DNA of 63,566 nt, the filler included, from Octopus bimaculoides (lineage: Eukaryota): NCBI RefSeq assembly GCF_001194135.2. It is 8 parts of 8 records of this genome, joined end to end, with 100 filler letters (N's around TTAATTAATTAA, not from the genome) between each part and the next. Parts side by side here need not be neighbours in the genome. Positions count along the whole stretch, not along the records: positions 62,231 to 63,566 come from NW_026369809.1; 7 more parts are not named here. The stretch is one strand, 5' to 3'. The notes beneath the pieces are model-generated. The model saw nothing but the letters and a program-made list of their open reading frames with translations, was not told the origin of the DNA and ran no database searches. Position numbers and translations under genes: made by a program. Of this stretch, positions 62,401 to 63,566 are shown piece after piece. Numbering within the stretch: position 1 is the first letter of the stretch; every line of letters starts with the position of its first letter.

Positions 62401-62589
62401 ATTATTATGATCTTTTAGATACCAGCTTAATTTAATGCAGTAAACATATGTCGGAAGTAAAAGAATGCGTTTAACTCCTTATATATGTATATATATATAC
62501 GAGAAGAAAATGGATGTAAATAACAAGGGGAAACTCGTCGTTTTCGCTGGTATGCCTTGAATTACTACACTATATGTATATATACATAT

Positions 62590-63113
62590 TAGGGTGATGC
62601 AAAATAACTTATCATTTCAAAAACTTGAAGACACCCTCTAATTTCATTTAATGCAAACCTCAACATGCAAAATTTCAGCACAATTGAAGACATTGTAGAG
62701 GTCGCTACCATCCACTGAACATTTTGTATATTGTTATTTTCAGTTTGTATTTATTGTTCATTTTCTGTCTCTTTGCCATCTTCTACTGGCCCTGACATAC
62801 AACTATTTAAGAAATTCAAAGCAAAGTGGGTGGAAATTGACAAGAACGATTACCAAACAGCAACATATGACACTAACATTGCAGTGAAAGTCATAGATGC
62901 AGAAGAAATGATTCAATTTGCTCATGCTCAGCTTAATGAACAGCAGCCTCATGATGACTACAAGGAATTTCTCGAGCCAACGCTCATTTTCCTCAGTAGT
63001 ACCCCCAAGTCAGGAGTCAGCTTTCAAGAACCTGGCGGTTATCACAGAGTACGATGGATGGCCAAGCTAATTTACTGCATTAAAATTTGGATGTCTAAAT
63101 CTCAGTTTAAACT

Positions 63114-63151
<38 letters not shown>

Positions 63152-63230
63152 GGACTGAGATATGTTTGCTGCTTTTCAGCTGCAATATACCCATATGAGA
63201 GTATGGGTGCCAGGTATTGTTATATTCCGA
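62590..63230 (+). mobile_element. DNA transposase fragment (QPxDDYxExLE / RWMAKxIY family, hATm-like by recollection)
   Basis: TGPDIQLFKKF..QQPHDDYKEFLEPTLIFL..PGGYHRVRWMAKLIYCIKIW..QFKLTERE, interrupted by (AG)n. TAGGGTG at 62590 is a possible terminus. Confidence 0.7.
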
Positions 63231-63566
63231 AGTCGTCGATAGAATGTTTCTATCTGGTATGGCACGACCTCCAGTCGTACAGTGTTATTATCCTCAAAAG
63301 GTTGGATCGTTATGATCTCCACTAAGTATTACAGTATAATTACTATATCAACACAGACACGACTATCAACACAGTCTACACGTACTCTCGACCTTCTGAC
63401 TCGTCGACCAGATACTTGTCTATTTATAATGGATGAATTCTACCTCTTTTTACTGGGAGGGGTTACAGTTTCACTATACAACAGGTCCCCTTTTAATTAT
63501 TTTATTTAACAATGAATTTCTTTTATTCACCATACCTCCTCCTTCTCTCTCTCTCTCTCTCTCTCT

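Overview
AT-rich, repeat-dense animal genomic DNA from a gappy draft assembly. It has many N runs and seven ~100-bp pads carrying TTAATTAATTAA. The tRNA-derived SINE families and microsatellite load suggest Octopus, which is an inference. Two host genes are visible, both on the minus strand. The first is the 5' end of a Delta-type Notch ligand: coding exons 1-3 at 48680-48621, 47591-47286 and 45410-45353, with the DSL/EGF exons not found. The second is one near-terminal anoctamin (TMEM16) exon at 59349-59218. The rest is mostly decayed mobile DNA: mariner, Tigger/pogo, hAT MITEs, a Helitron helicase fragment, Penelope-like elements with hammerhead-ribozyme-like motifs, RLE-type, CR1-like and Tx1 LINEs, a Gypsy-like LTR element and many SINEs. 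The most interesting signals are Tx1 copies bounded by a GATA microsatellite, hammerhead motifs with variant cores, inverted repeats and a Su(H)-motif palindrome around Delta exon 3, a 220-bp octamer/CCAAT tandem duplication, and palindromic minisatellites grown inside DNA transposons. Repeat boundaries are approximate, read by eye, and adjacency across the padded gaps is uncertain.
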